Positions 23,200 through 36,768 of a stretch of DNA of 64,000 nt are shown piece after piece. The notes under the pieces are model-generated. The model saw nothing but the letters and a program-made list of their open reading frames with translations. It was not told where the DNA came from and made no database searches. This DNA is from Octopus sinensis (Eukaryota). The translations under genes were made by a program, and so were the position numbers. Every line of letters begins with the position of its first letter. The stretch's first letter is position 1. The stretch covers positions 44,838,464-44,902,463 of the forward strand of contig NC_043011.1 in NCBI RefSeq assembly GCF_006345805.1, given 5' to 3'.

Positions 23200-23990
23200 G
23201 ACAACATTATTGAGATGATGCCCTGTGATACATACTTTACAACAAGTACTTACTTTGCCCTGTGGTACCTACTTTGCCTTATGGTACATATTTTGCATTT
23301 TGCTATCTATTTTACCTCTGTAGTATCTGCTTTACCCCCTATGGTACCTACTTTGCTTTATGGTACCTATTTTGCACTGTGGTATCTATTTTGCCTCTGT
23401 AGTATCTACTTTACCCCCTAAAGTGCCTACTTTGCTTTGTGATACCTATTTTGCACTGAGATACTATTTTACGCTGAGGTACCTATTTTGCCTCTCTGGT
23501 ACCTACTTTGCCATCTGGCACCGATTTTGCATTAACCTGAAGTACCTACTTTGCCCCTGTTGTTCCTACTTTGCTTCTGTGTTACTTACTTTACTCAGTA
23601 CTACCTACTTTCTCTATGGTACCTATTTGGTACTATGGTAGCACTTTACCCTAATTTACCTACTTTGCTTCTATGGTACTTACTTTCCTCTGTAATACCT
23701 ACTTTGCCCCTGTGGTATCTACTTTGCCCATATATTGCTTACTTTGCGCTGCGATATCACTTTATCTTGTATCATTTTACCCCGGTGTATATACTTTACT
23801 CTGTGGTACCATCTTTGCCCTTGTGGTATCAACTTTACCCTGTGGTACTTATTTGCCATTTTGGTACCTATTTTGCTTTGTGGTATCTTGTTTACCCTGT
23901 TTCTTTCTTTGCCTGTAGCGCCTGCTTTACCCAGTGGTACCCATTTTACCCTCAGGTACTTACTTTGCCCCGTGGTACCTACAAAAAGCC
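23200..23990. repeat. Minisatellite of about 20-bp units (tactttgccctgtggtacc-like)
   Basis: Recurring ggtacctactttgc / tggtatctattttgc motifs. Confidence 0.9.
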
Positions 23991-24228
23991 TACATAAAGG
24001 CGGCGAGCTGGCAAAAACGTTAGCACGCCGGGCGAAATGCTTAGCGGTATTTCGTCTGCGTTACGTTGTGAGTTCAAATTCCGCCGAGGTCGACTTTGCC
24101 TTTCATCCTTTCGGGGTCGATAAATTAAGTACCAGTTACGCACTGGGGTCGATGTAATCGACTTAATACCTATGTCTGTCCTTGTTTGTCCCCTCTCTGT
24201 TTAGCCCCTTGTGGGTAATAAAGAAATA
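23991..24228 (+). mobile_element. SINE family A with a 17-bp TSD
   Basis: ggtacctacaaaaagcc at 23974-23990 and 24229-24245. Confidence 0.92.
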
Positions 24229-24779
24229 GGTACCTACAAAAAGCCAGGTAAATCTGGCCTTTGCCCTGTTATATACAGTAGCCATCGCTGGTGAAGGGAT
24301 ATGAACGAAGGTCCGTCTCGATTCAACCAGCCATTTCAGGCAGACAGGAATAAATACGTAACAGGCAAATGAAACGAAGACTGACATTGTAACCAGAGAC
24401 TGTGAGATAAACAAACGGAGACTTGTAACGTAATCAGTGTGTTTTTCCCGAACAGACTGAAACAATTCTATCAAAACGAGGCCAAGGAGATAATGGAAAT
24501 GTTTGCTGTGTAGGAAGAGAGAGAGAGAGGTAGGGAAACCCCAGAGTATAAGACTAACAAGAAAGCATCTTCAGATTGATTAAAATTAGGAGCCTCTGTG
24601 TATGTGAGTGTGAGTGTGTGTGTGTGTATGTGCGCATGTGTGTTTGTGTGTGTGGTAGATGTAAAACGAAAGAAAATAGGGAAACGGGATAAAAATAAAA
24701 TCACTTGCAGGTAATATAATACCGTGTGAAGTTTAGAAATGCGCGCGAGCGCGTGTTTTGAAGTTCTACAGACATAAAC

Positions 24780-24945
24780 TATATACTCAAACAGTCACGC
24801 ATTCACACACACACACACATGTCAATACAAAAATATGTATTTATGTATGAATGAACGTTTCTATGTATGTATATGTATGTCTGTATGTATGTACATATAC
24901 ATTAAATATATATACAAACATTCATGTATGTACATATATATACAC

Positions 24946-25011
<66 letters not shown>

Positions 25012-25252
25012 GTATATATATATATATACAATTATATATATACCCATATGTATATGTATATATATATATATACCCATATGTATATATACATATATATATA
25101 CATATACATACATATATATATACATTCATGCAATATACGTATACATACATAGATGCATGAATGTATCTATGTATGTGTATGTCGGCTAGCATGGAAAGCG
25201 GACGTTAAACGATTATGATGATATATATATACATATGTATGTATGTATGTGT

Positions 25253-25287
<35 letters not shown>

Positions 25288-25385
25288 GTATGTATATATA
25301 TAATATCTTTATCTATCTATCTATCTATCTATCTATATATATATATCTATATATATATATATATATATATATACTATATATATAT

Positions 25386-25427
<42 letters not shown>

Positions 25428-25440
25428 TACATACACATAT
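24780..25440. repeat. (CA)n/(TA)n/(TATG)n microsatellite block
   Basis: Direct reading. Confidence 0.95.
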
Positions 25441-25441
25441 A

Positions 25442-26635
25442 TTAGGTTGGAAAGAAAATCCAGCTGCATTTCAAGAGAGGAAAGAAACCAATACTTCTTT
25501 AGTCTTAATTGATGTATTTAATCAAGATAATATTTTTCCTAATTATTGATAATATAATCACGTCTATTTAGCAAATGGTTGATTCCTCAGGCGTACAATT
25601 CTTCGGGTTTCGAAGCAAAGAAACGCACACTGCAATTAATAATCTGTTTTGCCTTTAAATAATGTTGCAATGATCTGGAAAGACGAGAGTCAGATGTAGC
25701 GAGGCCAAGAGAGTAAAGAGGATGAGGCAAAACTTTCATATTTAGTACCATAATCTTTTCCTGAGTGACTTGGGCAACGTGTGGTCTTGCGTAATCGTAT
25801 GAGAACAACATTCTTTACGAATGATTGATGATGGGCGTTTTATCAGTCAATTTTTGCGCAATGCTTCCAAATAACGACATTAACTGTTTCGTTTTGGTTT
25901 AAAATTTCATGATAAACGACACCCTTCATAACCCATCAAATACAGAACGAATTTAGTCCTGGTTTGGGGATGGATTCTGTTTTTTATTTGGATATAACTA
26001 TAGAGAACCTACTATCCATCGCTTCTGATTTTACCTATGTAGTATGTCCATTCTTCAATGACGAGCGGAGGGCAGCTCTTTAATTAAGCTGAGAAGCAGT
26101 TAGATAGTGAGGGACCCACTGGCCAAGTTTAGACATATTTTCTATTTCATGAAGATGTCTTATGATCGAAGTGTGACTTAATTTAAACTGTTTTGCTAAT
26201 TATTATCAAGCAGTTTGCTTTAGATATTTCTTAATTACTTTATTTCTTAATTCCTTAATTACTCAGGAGTTCAATAATAACAAAATGTGGTCCAAAGGAA
26301 ATCCGTCAAGAAAATTTTCCGGGGTAAAATTAGCCAAACTATAGTCACTTAAAGCTTTATTTCCATAGACAGAACGAACATTTCTGGCCGCTTCAAATGT
26401 TGAGGAACCAATTTAGAATTCATACAGCATACAGCGTCTGATCTGGATCTTACCTGAACTCCTTTTAAAAGGGTAAAATCGATACAAAATTGACCACTAC
26501 GGTATAAAATAATCTGCAAAGAAAAAAACACTCCACCAGAATGTAAAAATTATTGCTTACTTTACTGTAAGTATTGAAAATGTATCCTCATAGTGATTAA
26601 TGTCAGAAATGTGATTGGACTTTTTTCCAACCTAA
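25442..26635 (-). mobile_element. Decayed full-length mariner (DD34D-type) transposon with TIRs
   Basis: TIRs ttaggttggaaagaaaatcc and ggacttttttccaacctaa; TA at left; about 1.2 kb. ORF 25587..25811 YDYARPHVAQVTQEKIM..VLPHPLYSLGLATSD..FFASKPEE resembles mariner HDNARPH..HPPYSPDLAPSD. Confidence 0.88.
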
Positions 26636-26857
26636 CACACACACACACCATTTCAAAACAAGATGCTAAGTTTCTGCTAGCTAAACCATCGTTGGGCTGC
26701 GGTCTGACGATGGCTTAGTTGGCCGAAACTTCGAAGTCACTGTCATTAATATTCATGTTTAAGAATAATAAAATTGGATTCTACAATAGTATGGAGTAAC
26801 CCATCAAGGTAATGTAAATTTGTTTTTATTATAATTGAACATAAAAACACGCGCTCA

Positions 26858-26945
<88 letters not shown>

Positions 26946-27225
26946 CAGGGTGTTTGGGGGTAAATTTGATGATTTTTTAATATCTCCTATTTCCAAGAAC
27001 AGCTTGATCTATTGGTGAACAATCAACGACGTTGGCAAGTGTAAAGATTAAAGTGTAATTAAGAAAAAAAACTTGCTGATATGGAGGCCCAGAAGACATC
27101 TGAATGCTGGAAAACAATTACTTATCTGATGATGATTCGCGCTGGGTGTCAAAATGCTGGCATCATGAGTGCTTCTCAATGCATTGTGAACAATGTAAAG
27201 GCCGTAAAACGTGACAGAGACAGCT

Positions 27226-27294
27226 ACATATGGCGTAGTGGTTAAGAGCGCCGGCTACTAACCCCAAGATTCCGAGTTCGATTCCAGGCAGTGA

Positions 27295-27348
<54 letters not shown>

Positions 27349-27524
27349 CATCGAAAAATACCTTAGGAATGAGAACCCAGGTTCGAAATTTCCCCATGAC
27401 ACCTGATGAAGGCTGGAGGGTATATCAGCCGAAACGTTGTGTTAACAATAAACAAGACGAGGACAAATATCCGTCAAATGTAAATAATGTACAGAATTCA
27501 TCATCTCTTAAATATAGAACTGTA
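27226..27524 (+). mobile_element. tRNA-headed, hammerhead-containing SINE-like element, copy 2
   Basis: Colinear with 15994-16300, with an internal (TAA)n; interrupts the DD37D transposase. Confidence 0.85.
27398..27443 (+). ncRNA. Minimal type I hammerhead ribozyme, core intact
   Basis: Identical 46-nt motif to 16174-16219. Confidence 0.8.
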
Positions 27525-28087
27525 AGGTTATGAAAGTGCATCCGGGCTTCGGCGAGAGAAATGGGTGTTGGAGTCACCACCATAAAGCTAGTCCTGAACA
27601 AGTACTTTCGCTACCATTCGTACAAGAGGTTGAAGACACAGATTCCGACTGCCAAGGCCAAGAGGAAGCGTCTGACGAAAGCAAAGAGATTCCTAAACAA
27701 GCTATTCTATTCAGATGAAAAGATCTTCTGCCTGGACCAGTTTCACAATACTAAGAAGTAGCTTGCCTTTAATCCATGTGATATCCCATGTATCATAAAA
27801 ACAAAATTCCTCTAAACTGTGATGATCTTTTGGTGTGTCTCCAGTGAGGGTGATGTTATGCTGCTCTACATCTTTGAACTGGGCTTCAGGCTCAATTCAG
27901 ACTGTTATGTGAAGCTACTGGAGACTGTGTTCAAACCCTGGCTGGAGCGGGCTGCTGTTGGAAAGCTACATGTGAGGCAGCAAGATTCAGGACCTTACCA
28001 TATCTCCTGAAAGAGTCCGAAGTGGTTCTAGGAAAATTTCTTCGACTCCACCAGCCCCGATTTCTGGCCTTCTAATTCTTCGATTGT

Positions 28088-28386
28088 GTGGAGGTACATG
28101 GCCTAGTGGTTAGAGTAGCGGACTCGCAGTCGAAGGATCGCGGGTTCGAATCTCAGACCGGGCGATGTGTGTGTTTATGAGCGAAACACCTAAGCTCCAC
28201 GTGGCTCCGGCAGAAGGTAATGGCGAACTTCTGCTGACTCTTTCGCCACAACTTTCTCTCTTTCCTCCTGCATCTTGCAGCTCACCTGCGACGGAACCTA
28301 TACGCCAAGGAAACGGGAAAACCGGGAAACCGGGAAACCGGCCGTATGAGCCAGGCATGGCTTGAGAAAAAACAATCAACGACAAC
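28088..28386 (+). mobile_element. SINE family C-related copy with a 14-bp TSD
   Basis: aattcttcgattgt (28074-28087) and aattctccgattgt (28387-28400); head ggcctagtggttagagtagcggactcg..gggttcgaatctc. Confidence 0.88.
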
Positions 28387-28525
28387 AATTCTCCGATTGT
28401 AATCCTATGGATTACGATGTGTAGTGCACGGTTGAGAAAGGCACCAACCGCTCCGCCTACAACATCAAGGCTGAGCTTGTGACCAAGATCAAAGAGGTGT
28501 TCGAAGATCCTCCCAGAGTCACTTT

Positions 28526-28625
28526 NNNNNNNNNNNNNNNNNNNNNNNNNNNNNNNNNNNNNNNNNNNNNNNNNNNNNNNNNNNNNNNNNNNNNNNNNNN
28601 NNNNNNNNNNNNNNNNNNNNNNNNN
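28526..28625. other. Assembly gap (100 N, probably of unknown size)
   Basis: Run of exactly 100 N. Confidence 0.99.
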
Positions 28626-28790
28626 AAGTATCTCGATTTTGGGCGCTTAAAGAAGGGAAGAATTTTTGAAGACTCTCTTAAAATGAAATGTTACTGAGTT
28701 TGCGTTTATGAACGATATTTTGGGATGATTATTTTTTCTTGCCAAATAAACACATGCACTATATATGCGTTCTTCAAACGTGGATGAAAG

Positions 28791-28834
28791 AGTCTCTGAA
28801 GAGGTCACAGAAGTGTGACGAAAGATTTATAGAC
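28791..28834 (+). ncRNA. Hammerhead-like motif, second family, stem I out of register
   Basis: agtct-CTGAAGA-g-gtcac agaagt gtgac-GAAA-g at t TA-tagac. Confidence 0.45.
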
Positions 28835-28899
28835 AGTGGACATAAGATGAAATAAGAACAGTAATAGGTGACTACTGCGTAATATTATTGAGTTTAACT

Positions 28900-29500
28900 T
28901 TACAAGAAAACGTAATTGATAAAAAATAGAGAAATAAACAGCAGGAGGAAGGAAGGAAGGAAGGGAGGAAAGGAGGAAGGACAGTAAGAAATGGGGAGAG
29001 TGTGAGGAGGTGGGGAGGAGGAGAAGGGAAGGAAGAGAGGAAATACGTGGAGAGGGAGGAGAGTGGGAGGAGAAATAGAAAAGAGGAGGAGGAGGAAGAG
29101 AAAGGGGAGACGGAGACGGATAAGGAAGACGAGGAGAAAGGCAGGGGGAGTGTGAAAGGGAGAAGGAAGTTCGCCGGACAAAAAAAAAAGTTTAAAGAGC
29201 AAATAAAAAAAAGAGAGGGAGGGAGGGAGGGAGAGTAGAGAAGAATTATACGAGAAGAAGCGAATGCGAAGAGATGAGGAGGAGGAGGTTAAGGGGTGGT
29301 AGTGGGAGAAGTGGGGAACGGGGGTAGAAAGGTACCTTCTGTCCCATCTCCACCCACTTAAGCAGGCATGAATGTTGTTGTTGTTGCTGGTGGTGTTGCT
29401 GCTGCCGTTGTTGTGGTTGTTGTTGTGATTGTTGTGGTTGTTGTTGTGATTGTTGTGGTTGTTGTTGTGATTGTTGTGGTTGTTGTTGTTGTTGTTTAAT
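28900..29500. repeat. Purine-rich (GGA/GAA) tract followed by a (TTG/TGA/TGG) 9-bp repeat
   Basis: Direct reading. Confidence 0.85.
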
Positions 29501-29549
29501 ATTCCTTTCAAAAAATTCGTCTTAAGTTAACACGATCTGATTGGTCGCT

Positions 29550-29550
29550 T

Positions 29551-29590
<40 letters not shown>

Positions 29591-30713
29591 TTACAAGTGT
29601 GCATGCGGTTGCGTGCGTATGTGTGTGTGTGTGTGTTGTGTGTGTGTACGTATGTGTGTGTAACTGTGACAGAGGGGCGTGGTGCTTAAAATGGATGTGG
29701 CTAAAGGTTTCAGCTTGTACTCGCGAACACACGCACAAAGAATAAGCATATACATACATACATATATACGTACACAAATACACCACACACACACACGAAA
29801 CTTTAATACTTACATAAGCAGATACACTGATAAACAGACCTTCGCACTATACATACATACATACACACATACATACATACATACATCATACATACATCAT
29901 ACATACTATACGTACATACATACTATACGTACATACATACATATACGTACAATACATACAATATATATACATACCATATATACATACATATAATATACAC
30001 CCACACACATATATATATTATATAATATATTATATAGATATATATATACGCACCCTCCCTCCTTCCTCACCCACAAACATTCACTCTATCTGTACACATA
30101 CACACGTGTATCTCTCTCCCTTTCTCTCTCTTTCTCTCTCCTGATATATATATATATATATATATATATCTACATATAGTCACATATGTGTGTGTATGTG
30201 TAGTGTGCGTGTAAGGGTGGGGTGGGGTGGTGAGGAACCTTCAGATTTATCTTCTTCGATAGACTGTTAGTCAGTCTATCCATCGGTGGCTGAGGTGGTT
30301 CTCCCAGTTTTGAACCAGTGACTAGAATAACCTTAATTGCAGGTAACAATGCTAAACCAAGAAACAAGACACAGCATGGTCGTAACGACACCGGTATGTC
30401 ATATTTGCATCGTAATTGTTGGGCTGTTGTTGTTGTTGTGTTGTTGTTGTTGTTGTTGCTGGTTTATACATGTTTATACTTAAAGCGCCTGTCTCAAACA
30501 AACACACACACACACACGCACACAAGCAGACACACTCATACACAGGCACACATACATACACACATACAGTGCGTACATATATGCATATATATATATGTCT
30601 ACCTCGATACATTAATGCATGTATACACACATGAAGGAGAAGCATGGTTAAACGCGTGTCTATTTTTGTATGTGTATGTGTGTGGATATATATATGTGTG
30701 TGTGTGTGTATAA

Positions 30714-30745
<32 letters not shown>

Positions 30746-31238
30746 TATGTTGTGTGTGTGTGTGTATATGTATGTATATGTGTGTGTCTATATATATATA
30801 CACACATGCACACACACACACACACTTGTATGAATGTATCGATCTATCTACCTATCTATCAATCTATCTATTTATCTATACACACACACACATACACACT
30901 CACAGACACGTATATATTTTGTTAGATACACTTATATATACAGACATGCACACACACAAACATATACATACATATATACTTACATAAATGCATGCATATA
31001 AATTCACATACGCAGGTATGTATATCTAAAAGCATGCGTACATAATTTGGGTGGTGAAGGTCATATACATACATTCATCTGTGTGTGTGTGAATGTGTGT
31101 GTGTGTGTGTATGTGTGAGTGTAAAGTGTACGTGAATGTATGCGTGTATATGTTCGTTTATACATACGCATGCAATTCCAATTATATATTGACGAATACA
31201 TGTACTGTGTTGTGCATCTATATATGGATGCTTGTATG

Positions 31239-31286
<48 letters not shown>

Positions 31287-31408
31287 CATGAGTGTGTGTG
31301 TGTGTGTATGTGTGTTTATCCATGAGGCGGTGTTAATTCCTTCAGTCACTCATGTACATGAGTTACGCTGTTCTGTTTTTGCAAACATTTAATCGGAAAC
31401 TTTAACCG

Positions 31409-31465
<57 letters not shown>

Positions 31466-31540
31466 TACATACACTCATACATACATACATACATGTATAT
31501 ATGTGTGTATATATGTATGTATGCATGTATGTGTGCCTTT
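29550..31540. repeat. Long compound (CA)n/(TG)n/(TACA)n/(TA)n microsatellite region
   Basis: Direct reading. Confidence 0.93.
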
Positions 31541-31860
31541 GTTTCCCACCACCGCTTGACAACCGTAACTTTATCGTTTGGCAAAAAGAGACCCGGCTTA
31601 ACAAAAAATAAGTACTGAGTACGATTCCTTCTACCTAGAATTCTTCAATGCGTTGCCCCAGCTTGGACACAAATCAAATGACTGAAACGTAAAAAATAAT
31701 TTTAAAAAAATACATTCATTCATTCATACGAAAACCTCCTCCAGGTATCGTTTAAGTGTTATGGTTTTTTTCTTTTTTTTTATTTTCATTTTTTTTTTAC
31801 TTCAATCGGGAGAATGTTGATTGATGCAGGACCATGTGGCAGGTAAAAACTTTGTGTAGC

Positions 31861-32783
31861 AATATTATATGACGTGACGTTCTGAGTTCAAATTCCGCAG
31901 AGGTCGACTTTGCCTTTCATCCTTTCGGGGTCGATAAATTAAGTACGAGTTGCGTACTGGGGTCAATCTCATCGAGTGGCCCCAACCCCCACAATTTCGG
32001 GCCTTGTGCCTAGAGTAGAAAAGAATATTATATTGACGTGACATTCTGAGTTCAAATTCCGCCGAGGTCGACTTTGCCTTTCATCCTTTCGGGGTCGATA
32101 AATGAAGTACGAGTTGCGTACTGGGGTCAATCTCATCGAGTGGCCCCAACCCCCACAATTTCGGGCCTTGTGCCTAGAGTAGAAAAGAATATTAATTTGA
32201 CGTGACATTCTGAGTTCAAATTCCGCAGAGGTCGACTTTGCTTTCATCCTTTCGGGGTCGATAAATGAAGTACGAGTTCGTACTGGGGTCATCTCATCGA
32301 GTGGCCCCAACCCCCACAATTCGGGCCTTGTGCCTAGAGTAGAAAAGAATATTATATGACGTGACATTCTGAGTTCAAATTCCGCAGAGGTCGACTTTGC
32401 TTTCATCCTTTCGGGGTCGATAATTAAGTACGAGTTGCGTACTGGGGTCAATCTCATCGAGTGGCCCCCCCCCCCCCCCACAATTTCGGGCCTTGTGCCT
32501 AGAGTAGAAAAGAATATTATATGACGTGACTTCTGAGTTCAAATTCCGCCGAGGTCGACTTTGCTTTTCATCCTTTCGGGGTCGTAGATGAAGTACGAGT
32601 TGCGTACTGAGGTCATCTCATCGACTGGCCCCAACCCACAATTTCGGGCCTTGTGCTAGAGTAGAAAATAATATTATATGACGTAACATTCGAGTTCAAA
32701 TTCCGCTGAGGTCGACTTTGCCTTTCAACCTTTCGGGGTCGATAAATTAAGTACGAGTAGAAAAGAATATTATATGACGTGAG
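31861..32783 (+). repeat. Tandem array of about 5.5 copies of a roughly 165-bp unit derived from SINE family A plus flank
   Basis: ttctgagttcaaattccgc..ctagagtagaaaagaatattatatgacgtgac repeated head to tail. Confidence 0.92.
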
Positions 32784-33363
32784 CTCTATTTTCGTAGCAG
32801 GTGTACGGCTCTGGGGCTAAGCTTCAGGAACAACCCCAAGGCTGTGGTCATGCTGGAGCACCGCCAGTATTGATGGAATATGTTTTTCACATAATGCAAA
32901 TGATGTGCTCATATTAGCTTTGGAGAGAACTAAGTTCGAACTCTTTGAGGTGATCTCTGGGTCGCTTTAATTCTCATGATATTTTGATTTGTAGACGGAA
33001 AGAATAGTGAGCAGCCATATTTACAGTGAGATCTAAGAAACGTGAAGAAGTATGACTGTATCAGAATTACTAGAATGGAAAATTCTAAGGTTCCATGATA
33101 TATTCTATTGGTCATATCGACTTTGTTATTGGTGTATGTATTCCCTTGTAGGTTGTTGACCTCAGCTACGCCTAATCCTCTCTCATGTTATTCGACGCTA
33201 CGAGATCTTCCGAAAGAAGAGAATAGGCCTATTTTAATACATATTTTTTCCAGAGTGGATGAGCTCCAATTTTTCCACCTTCCCCCTTCTCTCTCTCTCT
33301 CTCTTTCTCGCTTGCTCGCTCTGTCTGTATATCTGTCCGTTTCTGTCTCAGTCTCTGTCTGTT

Positions 33364-33404
<41 letters not shown>

Positions 33405-33405
33405 G

Positions 33406-33436
<31 letters not shown>

Positions 33437-33486
33437 CTATCAATCTGTCTGTTTGTCTATCTGTCTGTTTGTCTGTTTGTCTTGAT

Positions 33487-33820
33487 CAGTGGTTCTTAAC
33501 CAGGATCCATATGGCCCTTAGGATCCATATAAAACTTTGTCGTTAAAGTTCATCATCATCATCATCATCATTTAACGGCCGTTTTCTATGCTGGCATGGG
33601 TTGGACAGTTTGACAGGAGCTGACCAGGCAAAAGACTACTCCAGGCAATAAAACTGGTTATACTCTTTACAATACACAAAAAAAATCTTAACAATGTTTT
33701 TAATATAATTCAAAATAATCCAACTGGCAAGCAAGGGCCCATTCGAGTGAAACAGGAATCAAAGGGAGCCATAAGTAAGAAAATGGGTGCGAATCCACTG
33801 ACCTATATGGTGAGATAGAT
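33487..33820. mobile_element. hAT-like MITE remnant with a small nested repeat
   Basis: Begins cagtggttcttaacc; ends with the degenerate inverted sequence gggtgcgaatccactg. Confidence 0.45.
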
Positions 33821-34094
33821 ATGTAGATACAGAAAGACGGATAATTAATCCTTTCTGTTAAAGGCACAAAACCTGAAATTTCGGGGGACTGGACTAGTCG
33901 ATTACATCGACCCCAATGCTGTTGCAGGCTTTATGTTCTGCGTTCAAATACGCTGAGGTCGACTTAGCCTTTCTTCCTTTCGACATTGATAAAATATATA
34001 TCAGTTGATCACTGGCGGCAAACGTACTCGACTAATCCCCTCACCCCAAATTGCTGGCCTTGTGCCAAAATGTGAAAGTAATGATTATATATCG

Positions 34095-34545
34095 GCGCTG
34101 GAGTGGTTGCGTGGTAAGAAGCTTGCTTACCAACCACATGACTCCGGGATCAGTCCCACTGCGTGGCACCTTGGACAAGTGTCTTCTACTATAGCTTCGG
34201 GCCGACCAAAGCCTTGTGTGTGAATTTGGCTGACGAAAACTGAAAGAAGCCCGACGTGTATATATATATCTATATATATATATATAATATGTGTGGTGTG
34301 TGTGTGTGGTGTGTGTGTGTGTGGTGTGTGTGTGTGTGGTGCATGTATGATAATTAAGGGGTGCTACAAGTGTATCTTTGTGTCTGTGTTTGTCCCCCAT
34401 CAACCGCTTGACAACCGGTGTTGGTGTGTTTGCGTCCCCATAAACTAGCTGCTCGGCAAAAGAGACTGAAAGAATAAGTACCAGGCTTTAAAAAAATAAG
34501 GCTTAGGGGTCAATGCCTCAGCTTTGACTGAAACAAGTAAAAGAT
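34095..34545 (+). mobile_element. SINE family B
   Basis: gtggttgcgtggtaagaagcttgcttaccaaccacatg..gggatcagtcccactgcgtggcacc head, internal (TA)(TG)n, and family B body. Confidence 0.85.
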
Positions 34546-34684
34546 AAAAGAGAAGATATACATTTGGCGGAGTTGATAAGAGGGTCACTACCATTAATTT
34601 TAGCAATAAGGGTTCCGCGTTCGAATCAGACCTTGGTATTAATATGTACATGTCTAGAAATATAAGTGCCGATCGTGATAAGAG

Positions 34685-35110
34685 TTCGAAGTTTAGTGTA
34701 GTTAATGTTTGTTCTTCATGGGGAGCGGTGGTGTGTGTGTGGAATTTAACGTTTTTGAAGGAATCGTCTGTTTGTCCGAGTGAATAGAGATTTTCCTCCT
34801 TAGTGGGTGAGTTAGGGTTGAGAATATATGAAGCGGGAGAAGGGATGAGTTTAACATACGAAGCAGGGGTTTGTAATGTATAAATAAAAACAGAATTTTT
34901 AAAATATCACTTTTTTTATTGTATTATATAACTAAAGGTCAACAGATTGGAAGGTCAACAGATTCGTGTGAATAGTTAATTGTATGGGTGGAGAACAAGA
35001 ATCCAATGGACATAGTCTAGTCCTGTTTGCATGTGTATATATCAATGTAATAATAAAGGTGTGTAATTATTAATAAATGGGCATAGTCCAGCGTAGGTGG
35101 GTAACGTATG
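34685..35110 (+). repeat. About 420-bp dispersed repeat; inverted copy at about 39075-39465
   Basis: ttagtgggtgagttagggttgagaatatatgaagcggga..tttgtaatgtataaataaaaacaga is the reverse complement of 39240-39335. Confidence 0.85.
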
Positions 35111-35134
35111 TATATATATATCTCTTTTTCTCTC

Positions 35135-35530
35135 TTTTACTTGTTTCAGTTATTTGACTGCGGCCATGCTGGAGCACCGCCTTTAGTCGAGCAATTCGAC
35201 CCCAGGACTTATTCTTTGTAAGCCCAGTACTTATTCTATCGGTCTCTTTTGCCGAACCGCTTTAGTTACGGGGGACGAACACACCAGCATCGGTTGTCAA
35301 GCAATGCTAGGGGGACAAATACAGAACACACAAACACACATACATATATATACATATACATATATACGACAGGCTTCTTTCAGTTTCCGTCTACCAAATC
35401 CACTCACAAGGCATTGGTCGGCCCGGGGCTATAGCAGAAGAGACTTGCCCAAGATGCCACAACAGGGGACTGAACCCGGAACCATGTGGTTGGTTAGCAA
35501 GCTACTTACCACACAGCCACTCCTGCGCCT
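35135..35530 (-). mobile_element. SINE family B, full length
   Basis: Reverse complement of the consensus shared with 38568-39005 and 39790-40235. Confidence 0.9.
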
Positions 35531-36768
35531 ATATGAGCGTGATTGCAAATGTATCTTAAAAATTTCAAGTGACACAGCTCAGTGTATGAACAGAGAAAAC
35601 AACAGTATGGATGGGCACCGGCCGATGTGCTTTCTCCTCGTGAAGGCGCATGGCTCAGTGGTTAGAGTGTTGGGTTCACAATCATGAGGTAGTGAGGTCG
35701 ATTCCCGGGTCGGGCTTTGTGTTGTGTTATTAAGCAAGACACTTTTTGTTTCACGTTGCTCCAGTTCACTCAGCTGTAGAAATGAGTCGCCACATCACTG
35801 GTGCCAAGCTGTATCAGCATTTGCCTTTCCCTTGGGTAACATCGGTGGCGTGGAGTGGGGAGGCTGGTATGCATGGGTGACTGCTGGTCTTCCATAAACA
35901 ACATTGCCCAGACTTGTACCTCGGAGAATAACTTTATCGGTGCATCCTATGATCATTCATTACCGAAGGGGGTGGTCTTTACCGTTTAATAGAAGTGATT
36001 ACACAAAAGATCTCTATGACACTGACCCGTTCCCTGCCCGCCTCCATATACAAAATCCACTAATTACCAATCCTATCCTAACTTTTCTTCCCTCTGCCAC
36101 ACAAGAAATCTGGTATCTTTTATTTCCCCTAATTCCTTAACCACCACCACCACCAACTCTGCAACAAGGATTTCGATTTGACGTAACAAATCTCTCACTT
36201 CACCTAGCCAAACAATTTAGCTGTGCTACAACACTCTGACTGCGCATGTGTACGCTTACAAGCCGGACTCTCCTCTTTTATGCCCCTCCCCGCTGGCCAT
36301 ACTCCCATTAAAGATCATATTCCCTCCAAACCCCTTATTCCTATTCTTTCAAGTCATTTCCACACCATCTTTTCGCCTTTTCAAAAACAGACAAAAATGT
36401 CTGCGATTGTTTTGCTAAAAGTTCTTTGTTCTCCTGTCCTGGCCAGTCTGCCCACCTTCAAGTATTCTCGTCCCTGATATACGCCAAACTTGTCTACACC
36501 CGTGATATACGCCAAACTTAACGAATCAGGAATGCCAGCATAAAAGCATATAGTCTACTCAAGACCTTAAGTGCACCTCTATCAAATCTGGCCGCTGCAT
36601 TAAATGTAAACATTTCTATTGCAATATGCAAAGAAAAACAGGAAGTCATTTAAGTAACTTGTTTTCACGAATAACTTCATAGCATTCTCCACCACCCCAC
36701 CCCTCAGGATCGCCCAATGGTTTCAACATTTCAACTGCTATAGTTACGCTACTGATCATCTCTGAGTG

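Larger units (their letters stand above)
26946..28525 (+). mobile_element. Decayed Tc1/mariner-superfamily transposon, DD37D (maT-like), with two nested SINEs; runs into the gap
   Basis: Begins cagggtgttt. Frames give AREMGVGVTTIK..FYSDEKIF, MIFWCVSSEG..YVKLLETVFKPWL..QQDSGPYH and WPSNS(P)DCNPMDY. I count 37 residues between QQD and NPMD after removing the SINE and one indel. Confidence 0.82.

Noticed and set aside
28479-28697. ORF spanning the N run
   Set aside because: Artefact of the 100-N gap; the two sides may not be contiguous.
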